NCBI GenBank assembly: GCA_963780225.1
Contig: CAWAAX010000027.1
Location: 32,001-96,000 of the forward strand
From: an uncultured bacterium
GTDB lineage: Bacteria > Edwardsbacteria > AC1 > EtOH8
Reading direction: 5' to 3'
DNA: 64,000 bases
How positions within the stretch are numbered: the first letter of the stretch is position 1; every line of letters begins with the position of its first letter. The translations under genes and the position numbers were made by a program. Of the stretch, positions 28,657-36,949 are shown in pieces. A model generated the notes under the pieces. The model saw nothing but the letters and a program-made list of their open reading frames with translations. It ran no database searches and was not told the DNA's origin.

Positions 28657-30096
28657 ATGAAGACCTTTGCCCAAAAAGTCCTGGCGGCCCTTCCTTCCAA
28701 AGGCCTGGATTACGCCGATGTCCGGGTGACCGGCCAGCTCAGCGAGTTCATCTCCACCAAGAACGGCAGCGTGGAGGCGGTCACCAAGAACTCCGACTCC
28801 GGGTTTGGGCTTAGGGTGCTGGTCAATGGGGCCTGGGGCTTCGCTTCCAGCTCACGGCTGGAGACCGGTGAGATCAAGAAAGTGATCAAGGACGCCATCG
28901 AGATCGCCAAAGCCAGCGGCCTGACCAAGGTGGAAAAGGTGGAGCTGTCCCGGCTGAAGCCCCAAAAGGGGAGTTACAAGACCCCGGTAAAGATCGATCC
29001 TTTCCAGGTCCCGTTGGAAAGAAAGATAGACCTGCTGTTAAAGGCCGACGGCATCCTGCGCCGGAACAAGAAGATCAAGATGGCCAAGGGCGGTCTGTGG
29101 TTCTTAAAGGGCGAAAAGGTCTTCGCCTCCACCCAGGGAACGCTGGTCAGCGAGGACCGCACCGAATCCGGCGGCGAGATCAGCGCCTTTGCCATCGAGG
29201 GCGCCGAGGTCCAGACCCGCAGCTACCCCAACATGAGCGGCGACACCCGACAGGCCGGCTACGAGTTCATCGAGCAGATGGACCTGGCCGGAAATGCCGA
29301 GCGCACCGCCTCCGAAGCCGCCATGCTGCTGACCGCCCCCCCCTGCCCCGCCAGGCTCTCCACCATCATCATCACCACCAACCAGCTGGCCCTGCAGGTC
29401 CACGAGTCCATCGGGCACCCCATAGAACTGGACCGGGTCTACGGCACCGAGGCCAGCTACGCCGGCACCAGTTTTTTGACCACCGACAAACTGAACAATC
29501 TTAAATACGGATCGGATATCGTCAACGTCACGGCCGACGCCACCACCCCCGGCGGCCTGGGGACCTTCGGCTGGGACGACGAGGGGGTGCCGGCCCAGAA
29601 AGTGCCCATCATCCGGAGGGGAAAGTTCGTGGGCTACCTGACCTCGCGGGAGACCGCCCCCCGGCTGGGCCTGGCCTCGGGCGGCGCCATGCGAGCCGAG
29701 GGCTGGAGCCGGATCCCCATCATCCGGATGACCAACATCAACCTGGAGCCGGGCAAGTGGAATTACCAGGACCTGATCGCCGACACCAAAGACGCGGTGC
29801 TGTTCGACACCACCAAGACCTGGAGCATCGATGACAAGCGCCTCAACTTCCAGTTCGCCACCGAGATCGCCTGGGAGATCAAGAACGGGAAACTGACCGG
29901 CCGGGTGTTCAAGAACGCAACTTACACCGGGATCACCCCGGCCTTCTGGAACAACTGCGACGCGGTCTGCAACAAAAAATCCTGGCACCTGTGGGGCGTG
30001 CCCAACTGCGGCAAGGGCCAGCCGGGCCAAAGCGCTCACGTGGGTCACGGGGTGGCCCCGGCCCGCTTCCAAAAAGTGCAGATCGGGGTTTCCTGA
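28657..30096 (+). CDS. tldD: TldD/PmbA-family metalloprotease (TldD type)
   Basis: HESIGHPIE zinc motif, WDDEG, RMTN, CGKGQP. Confidence 0.93.
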   Translation: MKTFAQKVLAALPSKGLDYADVRVTGQLSEFISTKNGSVEAVTKNSDSGFGLRVLVNGAWGFASSSRLETGEIKKVIKDAIEIAKASGLTKVEKVELSRLKPQKGSYKTPVKIDPFQVPLERKIDLLLKADGILRRNKKIKMAKGGLWFLKGEKVFASTQGTLVSEDRTESGGEISAFAIEGAEVQTRSYPNMSGDTRQAGYEFIEQMDLAGNAERTASEAAMLLTAPPCPARLSTIIITTNQLALQVHESIGHPIELDRVYGTEASYAGTSFLTTDKLNNLKYGSDIVNVTADATTPGGLGTFGWDDEGVPAQKVPIIRRGKFVGYLTSRETAPRLGLASGGAMRAEGWSRIPIIRMTNINLEPGKWNYQDLIADTKDAVLFDTTKTWSIDDKRLNFQFATEIAWEIKNGKLTGRVFKNATYTGITPAFWNNCDAVCNKKSWHLWGVPNCGKGQPGQSAHVGHGVAPARFQKVQIGVS

Positions 30097-30109
30097 AAAT
30101 AATAAATTG

Positions 30110-30143
30110 AACAACGGGTCAGATTAATCTGACCTGTTGTTTT
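30110..30143 (+). terminator. Terminator-like hairpin after tldD
   Basis: aacaacgggtcagattaatctgacctgttgtttt. Confidence 0.6.
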
Positions 30144-30149
30144 AGGCGG

Positions 30150-31739
30150 GTGAAGATGAAGAACAATATGAAAATAATTGCCAAGCTGATGCCCCGGTTC
30201 CTGGCGGCGGCCCTGCTGGTCTCAGCAGCCGGCGGCTGCGCTTATTTCAACAGCTATTACAACGCCAAGAAGCTGTATGATTCAGGTATCCGCAGCCGCC
30301 AGGGGTTCCCCGATACCCTGGCCGCCGCCGGAGCCCAGGCCGCCGCCCTGCAGCAGGCCACCGACAAGTTTGCCGGGGTGGCAGGAAGTTATCCCGGCAG
30401 CCGCTGGACTCCGCCCAGTCTGTATTACATGGGGAATTGTTTTTTCTTTACCGGACAGAATGAAAAAGCCCTGCGTAAATATCAGGAGGTCTGCCAGTTC
30501 TATGGATCGGGTAAATATGCCCCTCTGGCCCGGCTGAATTCAGCGGTATTGAATTACAAGCTTGGTGATTACCCCTCCGCCCTGACCGACATCCAGTTAT
30601 TAAGGACCAGTACCGATAAGGAGATCCAACGGCGGATCTCGTTTCTGGAAGCCGAGATCGCCCAAGTATCCGGAGACTATTCCCAGGCGGCCATCCTCTG
30701 GCAGAGATTTCTGTTCAACCACCCCAAGGGCGATTTTACGGTTGACGCCAGATTCAAATATGCCCAGTGTCTGATCGCCCTGGGTCAGCACCGCCAGGCC
30801 GGACTGGAACTGGAGATCCTGGCCGGCAAGCGCCTTCCCCAAAGGACAGGTTATCAGGTAAAAATGCTTTTGGCCCAAAGCTATCAAACCCAGGGAGAGA
30901 CTCAGAAGGCTTTGGCGACATACCGTTTTTTACTGAAAAAGGCCCGGCCCGGCAGTCCCCAGGCTGACCTTATTGAACTTTTTATTTCCCAGATACTGGC
31001 CGGAACTGCCACCGGGCCTGAAGCCATGAAGATATATGACCAGTTGGCCCAAAAATACCCCAAAAGTCTGGCCGCTTCAGTATCCTATTTCCGGATGGGA
31101 GAGCTCCAGGAATCCTCCCAAAACCTGGACAGCGCCAAAACCTTGTATACCCTGGCCAGCCAGCGCCCCAAAGATGGTCTCGATTTCCCACTATTCAGCA
31201 ATATCCACGACCTGTCGCTGAAGAAGATGGAGAATATCTCGCTACTGGGTGGATACCGCCAGCAGCTGGACTCCGCAGCGGCCGAACAAAACGCCCAACT
31301 GCTGTTCCTGATGGCCGAGCACTACCTGTTCGGGCTTAACCAACCTGATTCGGCGGCATCGGTTTACCTGAAACTGGCATCCGAATATCCCTCTTCGCCC
31401 ATAGCCCCAAAATCGCTGTATGCCGCTGCCTGGACCCTGGACAAATACCAGCGGGACTCCGCACTGGTCAGAAGCTATCGCCTGCAGTTAGTGGAAAAGT
31501 ACCCTTATACCCGTTACGCCAACGCCGCCCGGATGGAGATGAGATTACCTCCCGACCTGGCGGTCAGCGACAGCGAACCCACCATAGAATTCAAGCTAAA
31601 ACCCAAGGCGGCACCGGTCCGGCCGGATTCCGCAGGGCCGCCGGCTGAATTGCAGTCAGAGCCCGGCCCTCAGGATACACCGGCACCGGCCATTCCAGGA
31701 CCGCCGGACAATGATAACCAATTACAGATAGATAAATGA
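30150..31739 (+). CDS. TPR lipoprotein
   Basis: Lipobox AGGC followed by AYFNSYYNAKK, multiple TPR-like repeats and a Pro-rich tail; exact start uncertain. Confidence 0.8.
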   Translation: MKMKNNMKIIAKLMPRFLAAALLVSAAGGCAYFNSYYNAKKLYDSGIRSRQGFPDTLAAAGAQAAALQQATDKFAGVAGSYPGSRWTPPSLYYMGNCFFFTGQNEKALRKYQEVCQFYGSGKYAPLARLNSAVLNYKLGDYPSALTDIQLLRTSTDKEIQRRISFLEAEIAQVSGDYSQAAILWQRFLFNHPKGDFTVDARFKYAQCLIALGQHRQAGLELEILAGKRLPQRTGYQVKMLLAQSYQTQGETQKALATYRFLLKKARPGSPQADLIELFISQILAGTATGPEAMKIYDQLAQKYPKSLAASVSYFRMGELQESSQNLDSAKTLYTLASQRPKDGLDFPLFSNIHDLSLKKMENISLLGGYRQQLDSAAAEQNAQLLFLMAEHYLFGLNQPDSAASVYLKLASEYPSSPIAPKSLYAAAWTLDKYQRDSALVRSYRLQLVEKYPYTRYANAARMEMRLPPDLAVSDSEPTIEFKLKPKAAPVRPDSAGPPAELQSEPGPQDTPAPAIPGPPDNDNQLQIDK

Positions 31740-32506
31740 TGTTAAAACAAAAAGTAAATATCACCTCCCACCAGAAGATCGCCCCTCAAGTCTTCCTGCT
31801 GGCCTTTGCTTCGCCGCAGATGGCCGCCCAAGCCAAGCCCGGTCAGTTCGTCCATTTAAAGCCATCGGACTCCGGACCCCTGTTGTTAAGGCGGCCGTTC
31901 AGCATCAACCGGGTCAAGGGAAAGAACCTGTTCATCATGTACCGGGTGGTGGGACGGGGCACCTCCCTCATCTCTTCCCTGCCCAAGGGAGCTGAGATGG
32001 ATGTGCTGGGACCTTTGGGAAAGGGATTTGAGATCAGCCGGAAATACAAAGAGCATGTGATCCTGGCCGGGGGAATGGGCCTGGCCCCGATGCAGTTTCT
32101 GGCCAGCCGCCTGAAGGCCAGGAAGCTTGAGACCCGGCTTTTTTACGGATGCTCCGGCAAAAAGGAAATGCTGCCCTGCCCGGCTCCCGGCAAGGTCATC
32201 GCCACCGACGACGGCAGCTGCGGGTACCGGGGGTTTGTGACCGATGCCTTCCTGACCCGCATCGACAAGTTCAAAAAGCCGGTGGTTTACGCCTGCGGCC
32301 CCTGGCCGATGCTCAAGCGCACTGCGCTGATCTGCCGTCAGCACCACATCGACTGCCAGGTCTCCCTGGAGGCTTTCATGGCCTGCGGAGTGGGCGCCTG
32401 CCAGGGCTGTGTGGTCAAAGGGATAAAGGAATATGTCACCGTCTGCCGCCAGGGCCCGGTGTTCGACAGCCGGGAGATAGACTGGGATCAGGAGTCCGGC
32501 CTATGA
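31736..32506 (+). CDS. pyrK: Dihydroorotate dehydrogenase electron transfer subunit
   Basis: PGQF, RRPFS, GPLGKGF, MACGVGACQGC...VC. Confidence 0.94.
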   Translation: MMLKQKVNITSHQKIAPQVFLLAFASPQMAAQAKPGQFVHLKPSDSGPLLLRRPFSINRVKGKNLFIMYRVVGRGTSLISSLPKGAEMDVLGPLGKGFEISRKYKEHVILAGGMGLAPMQFLASRLKARKLETRLFYGCSGKKEMLPCPAPGKVIATDDGSCGYRGFVTDAFLTRIDKFKKPVVYACGPWPMLKRTALICRQHHIDCQVSLEAFMACGVGACQGCVVKGIKEYVTVCRQGPVFDSREIDWDQESGL

Positions 32507-33438
32507 AAAACATCAGAACCAAGAATTCCATTGACCTCTCGGTGGAGATCGCCGGGATCAAAATGAAGAACCCGGTGCTGGCCGCCTCCGGCACCTTCGG
32601 CTACGGGACGGAATACCTCCCCCTGGTCCCCCCCGGCCTGTTCGGGGCCGTGATCACCAAGACCATCACCCTGCTGCCCCGGGCCGGAAACAAGCCGCCC
32701 AGGGTCTATGAGACCCCCGGCGGAATGCTCAATTCCATCGGCCTGGCCAATGTGGGGGCGGAAAAGTTTTTAAGTGAAAAACTGCCCGAGCTGCTATCCC
32801 ACCACCCGGTGGTGATAGTCAACATCGCCGGCAATACCATGGAGGAATACATTGAACTGGCCGGGATGCTCAAAGGCCATCCGGGCATCTCCGGGATCGA
32901 GCTGAACATCTCCTGCCCCAACGTCAAACAGGGCGGCGTGGCCTTCGGCTCGGATCCCGTCCAGGCCGCCAAACTGACCGCCCTGGTGAAAAAGGCAATA
33001 GATAAGCCACTGATAGTAAAACTCAGCCCCAACGTGGCGGACATCGCGGCCATCGCCCGGGCGGTGGAGCAGGCCGGGGCCGACGCCATTTCGCTGATCA
33101 ACACCCTTTACGGGATGGCCGTGGACATCGATAAGCAGAGGCCTGTATTGGGCAATATCACCGGCGGCCTTTCCGGACCGGCCGTCAAACCGGTGGCCCT
33201 CTACAACGTATTCAAGGCCAGCCGGGCGGTAAAGATCCCAGTGATTGGACTGGGCGGCATCATGAATTCTGATGACGCGGTGGAATTCCTGCTGGCCGGG
33301 GCGGCGGCAGTCCAGATCGGCACCGCCTCCTTTGTCAACCCCGGCGCCGTCAAGGAGATCACCGGCGGACTGAGGGATTACTGCCTTAAAAAGGGATACT
33401 CCAAAGTTTCACAGATCACGGGGAAGTTGGCGGTATAA
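32503..33438 (+). CDS. pyrD: Dihydroorotate dehydrogenase (class 1B)
   Basis: ASGTFGYG, NSIGLAN, ELNISCPN, KLSPN, GGLSG; ATG at 32503 overlaps the pyrK stop. Confidence 0.96.
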   Translation: MKNIRTKNSIDLSVEIAGIKMKNPVLAASGTFGYGTEYLPLVPPGLFGAVITKTITLLPRAGNKPPRVYETPGGMLNSIGLANVGAEKFLSEKLPELLSHHPVVIVNIAGNTMEEYIELAGMLKGHPGISGIELNISCPNVKQGGVAFGSDPVQAAKLTALVKKAIDKPLIVKLSPNVADIAAIARAVEQAGADAISLINTLYGMAVDIDKQRPVLGNITGGLSGPAVKPVALYNVFKASRAVKIPVIGLGGIMNSDDAVEFLLAGAAAVQIGTASFVNPGAVKEITGGLRDYCLKKGYSKVSQITGKLAV

Positions 33439-33487
33439 GTAATAATAGTAATTTTTTAACCGCGAGGAATGGAAACAGGAATCTGTT

Positions 33488-34057
33488 ATGAAAGCTATTT
33501 GCATTATCGGCAGCCCTAATGAAAATGGGAATACTGCACTTATCGTTGACAAAATCATACAGGGTATGTCAACAAATAACATTGACATTAAACGGTATGT
33601 ATTAGGTTCAATGAATATTAATTATTGTAAAGGTTGTAAATCTTGTTACGAAACACGGCATTGCGTCCAACAAGACGATATGGAATTAATCTTAAAAGAA
33701 ATGTTTGAATCCGATGTGGTTTTAATTGCATCGCCTTCTTATTGGGGCAATGTTACTGGTCAGTTAAAAGTATTCTTTGACAGATGTACACCTTGGTGCA
33801 ACACTTTAGACGGTGGTACCACGATGCCAAAAGGTAAAATCGGAATATCAATTGCCATACGCGCAGGCAAAGGCGAAAAAGAAAACCAGCACATAATCCA
33901 TGAGATAGAGCATTATTTCAGCCACCTTGGTATCAAGCCTGTAAAAAGTTTAACCATAGAGGGCATTTTGCATAAGGCAGACTTTGGTGTCAATCCAAAG
34001 AAGTTACTTGATGCCCAGGACCTTGGGCTTAGCGTCATTGACCTTTGTCCTAATTGA
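33488..34057 (+). CDS. Iron-sulfur flavoprotein / flavodoxin family (AT-rich)
   Basis: IGSPNENGNT, CKGCKSC...C, ASPSYWG, LKVFFDR. Confidence 0.88.
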   Translation: MKAICIIGSPNENGNTALIVDKIIQGMSTNNIDIKRYVLGSMNINYCKGCKSCYETRHCVQQDDMELILKEMFESDVVLIASPSYWGNVTGQLKVFFDRCTPWCNTLDGGTTMPKGKIGISIAIRAGKGEKENQHIIHEIEHYFSHLGIKPVKSLTIEGILHKADFGVNPKKLLDAQDLGLSVIDLCPN

Positions 34058-34093
34058 TGTGATAATAAAAAACTAATGTTCATAACGGACGGT

Positions 34094-34549
34094 ATGAAGA
34101 AGATCCTTTGGGCATTACTGCTCACCGCCGCATTTTTGGGCTGCGCCCCCGCCCCCATCTACCGGAGCGGGACGGCCGGCACCAGCCCGGTCAAAGAAAC
34201 TGCGGCGGAGCATAAAACCCAGCCCCCGGCCAAAATCGAACCCTGGCCTCTTTCGGCCCAGCAAGGCCTGGCCAGCTACTACGGCCGGGAATTCCACGGG
34301 CGCAAGACCGCCAACGGCGAGACCTTTGACATGGAGGCCATGACCGCCGCCCACCGCACCCTGCCCTTCGGCACCATGGTCCGGGTTACCAATCTCAGGA
34401 CCAGCCAGAGCGTGACCGTCAAGATCAACGACCGAGGGCCGTTCGTGGAAGGCCGGCTGATAGACCTGTCCCAGGGCGCGGCCAGAAAGATCGGGATCGA
34501 CGGGGTGGAACCGGTCCGGCTGGAGATCATCCAGCAGCCAGATAATTAA
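34094..34549 (+). CDS. rlpA: RlpA-family lytic transglycosylase lipoprotein
   Basis: Lipobox FLGC; GLASYYG, TANGE, TAAHRTLPFG, INDRGPF. Confidence 0.93.
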   Translation: MKKILWALLLTAAFLGCAPAPIYRSGTAGTSPVKETAAEHKTQPPAKIEPWPLSAQQGLASYYGREFHGRKTANGETFDMEAMTAAHRTLPFGTMVRVTNLRTSQSVTVKINDRGPFVEGRLIDLSQGAARKIGIDGVEPVRLEIIQQPDN

Positions 34550-34671
34550 TCCGACTACGCTGCTTCATATTCAACAAAGCTTCGTCGGACAGGCAATGAA
34601 CATCAAACAATTATCAATCCCGGTTCCCATTTTCCAATTAACGGATAACGATTAACGAGTCAAGGAGAGCG

Positions 34672-35406
34672 ATGCAGATACCAGCCAACGAACGACTGAT
34701 AGTGGCCCTGGACGTACCTTCCTACGCCGAAGCCGAGAAGCTGATCAAGGATATCTCCGGCCCGGTAAAATATTTTAAGGTCGGCAGCCAGCTGTTCACC
34801 GCCTGCGGACCGAAGATAGTGGAACTCATAAAAGCCCAGGGCGGAAAGATATTTCTGGACCTGAAATTCCACGACATTCCCAACACCGTAGCCAAGGCCG
34901 CCGTGTCGGCAGTGGAACTGGGAGTTGACATGTTCAACCTTCATTCCATGGGAGGATTTGAGATGATGGAAGAAGCCGGCAGCGCGGCCATCGAGGCCTG
35001 CGCCCGGTTCAAGAAACCCAAGCCGGTGATCCTGGGGGTGACCGTGCTGACCAGCTTTGACGAAGCCACCTTCAGCGATGTGCTGGGCGCCCCCGGCCGC
35101 GGCATCCCGGAACAGGTGCTGCACCTGGCCCGGCTGACCAAGAGCGCCGGTCTGGACGGCGTGGTGGCCTCGCCCCAGGAGATAGAACTGCTGAGAAAGA
35201 ATATGCCTGAAGATTTCGTGATCCTGACCCCGGGGATAAGGCCGCTGGATGCCGAGGCCGGCGACCAAAAACGGTTTTTGACGCCCGGACAGGCCATAGC
35301 TTTGGGAGCAGATTACCTGGTGGTGGGCCGGCCCATCACCGGAGCCAAGGACAGGAACGCCGCCGCCAACAACATCCAAAAGGAGATCCAAGATGCCCTT
35401 AAGTAA
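34672..35406 (+). CDS. pyrF: Orotidine-5'-phosphate decarboxylase
   Basis: FLDLKFHDIPNT, VTVLTS, TPGIR, VVGRPI. Confidence 0.97.
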   Translation: MQIPANERLIVALDVPSYAEAEKLIKDISGPVKYFKVGSQLFTACGPKIVELIKAQGGKIFLDLKFHDIPNTVAKAAVSAVELGVDMFNLHSMGGFEMMEEAGSAAIEACARFKKPKPVILGVTVLTSFDEATFSDVLGAPGRGIPEQVLHLARLTKSAGLDGVVASPQEIELLRKNMPEDFVILTPGIRPLDAEAGDQKRFLTPGQAIALGADYLVVGRPITGAKDRNAAANNIQKEIQDALK

Positions 35407-35974
35407 ACAGGAGATCAAAGATATTCTGGTCAACCGGCAGGTGCTGTTGGACGGCCACTTTTTGCTGACCTCGGGGAAGCACAGCCGGTATTATTTCGAG
35501 AAATTTAGAATATTGCAGTACCCCAAGGACAGCCAGGCCTTTTGCGGAATGATCGCCGAGCATTTCAAGGATGCCGGAATTCAGACCGTGGTCGGACCCA
35601 CCACCGGCGGCATCATCATAGCCTCCGAAGTGGCCCGGCAGATGGACAAAAAGGCGATCTATGCCGAACGGACGCCCGAGGGACGGGGTTTTTTAAGGGG
35701 AATGTCCCTGGCCAAAGGCGAAAAAGTGCTGGTGGTGGACGATGTGATGACCACCGGAGGCTCGGTGGTCGAGACCATAGAGGCGGTGAAACGGGCCGGA
35801 GCGCAATTGATGGGCGTGGCGGTTTTCATAGACCGCAGTTCCAAAGCCCAGGATTTCGGGGTTCCCTTCCTGGGGATCTACGGTGAAAAGGTGGAGACCT
35901 TCGAGCCGGACAATTGCCCCCTCTGCAAAAAGGGGATTCCCCTGGCCAAGCACGGCAGCAACCCCAATAAATAA
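35393..35974 (+). CDS. pyrE: Orotate phosphoribosyltransferase
   Basis: GHFLLTSGKHS, VVDDVMTTGGS. Confidence 0.95.
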   Translation: MPLSKQEIKDILVNRQVLLDGHFLLTSGKHSRYYFEKFRILQYPKDSQAFCGMIAEHFKDAGIQTVVGPTTGGIIIASEVARQMDKKAIYAERTPEGRGFLRGMSLAKGEKVLVVDDVMTTGGSVVETIEAVKRAGAQLMGVAVFIDRSSKAQDFGVPFLGIYGEKVETFEPDNCPLCKKGIPLAKHGSNPNK

Positions 35975-35984
35975 TAGCCGGGCA

Positions 35985-36020
35985 TAAAAAAAGACGCCAT
36001 CTTCGGATGGCGTCTTTTTT
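35985..36020. terminator. Bidirectional intrinsic terminator
   Basis: aaaaaaagacgccatc-ttcg-gatggcgtctttttt between convergent genes. Confidence 0.9.
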
Positions 36021-36047
36021 ATGTCTATAAGCAGTTGCCTAAATCTA

Positions 36048-36797
36048 TTACCGGTTTAGCTTTTCGTGCCTTAACCTCTCCAACTCTGCTTTTAAAGGAT
36101 CCCAATATCTTTTGTCGTTTTTTCTTTCCGCCAGCTCTTCGCGCTTCAGTAATATCTCCAAACCCTTAAAATCATTTTCTATGGCTGCTTTCAAAAGGGG
36201 CCTTTTTATGCGGCATTCTTTGGCCGCTTTGGCATTTTTTTTTGCCAGCAGCATTAATTTACTGCTGTCCCGGCACTCTGTCAGCCACCATCTGATTTTT
36301 TCCCCAGTGTCTTTTTTGGCCAAAATCATGTCATTTTCAACCAACCTTTTGAGCATCAGCCAATCTTTGTCCCGTTGGGTTTTTTTGCTCTGTACCAGAT
36401 CCTCCAACCCAATAATCTCAATGGATCTGTTTGAGAGTACATTAACCGTGCTCCTTTTTTTCCATAATTTTACAAAATCATCACAACCCCTCAACCTGGC
36501 CATGATATCAATCCTTAAGTTTTTCACCGATGCGGCAGAACATCTGAAGTGGCAGGCATGACCCCGATCAAGAAATTCTGCCTTCAATGGCGGAACATAA
36601 ATGGACCTGGCTTTGAGCGCCCGCAAAGCCTTTCTGAGCCTGTCCAAATTCTCCGAGTTACAGAAAACCACGAAATCAGAATCCCGGCTGAATTCAGCGG
36701 CGCCGTAGATGATACAGGCCTGCCCGCCGATGAGCAGGCTTTTTACCCCGTATTTCTGAAAAGTTAAAAGGACTTTGAGGATCGGGTTCGCAGTCAA
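36048..36797 (-). CDS. Nucleotidyltransferase-fold protein (AT-rich)
   Basis: LIGGQA...YG...SRDSDF (GG...DxD), RIDIM and KKTQRDKD, typical of pol-beta-superfamily NTases. Confidence 0.7.
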   Translation of the reverse strand: MTANPILKVLLTFQKYGVKSLLIGGQACIIYGAAEFSRDSDFVVFCNSENLDRLRKALRALKARSIYVPPLKAEFLDRGHACHFRCSAASVKNLRIDIMARLRGCDDFVKLWKKRSTVNVLSNRSIEIIGLEDLVQSKKTQRDKDWLMLKRLVENDMILAKKDTGEKIRWWLTECRDSSKLMLLAKKNAKAAKECRIKRPLLKAAIENDFKGLEILLKREELAERKNDKRYWDPLKAELERLRHEKLNR

Positions 36798-36909
36798 GGC
36801 TACCTCCCAATGACAGATATAATTTCCATAATTTACCTGATTCTATAATCCTTTGAACCGGAGTGAGCATCAACCACTCCCGCTCTTCCTGAATATATTT
36901 TTCATTCAT
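36694..36909 (-). CDS. Small hypothetical protein overlapping the NTase gene
   Basis: MNEKYIQEEREWLMLTPVQRIIESGKLWKLYLSLGGSLDCEPDPQSPF...; ATG at 36909. Confidence 0.6.
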   Translation of the reverse strand: MNEKYIQEEREWLMLTPVQRIIESGKLWKLYLSLGGSLDCEPDPQSPFNFSEIRGKKPAHRRAGLYHLRRR

Positions 36910-36949
36910 CGCTGATCTTATATTTTGTTTCACGATAAAAAAACACTTT

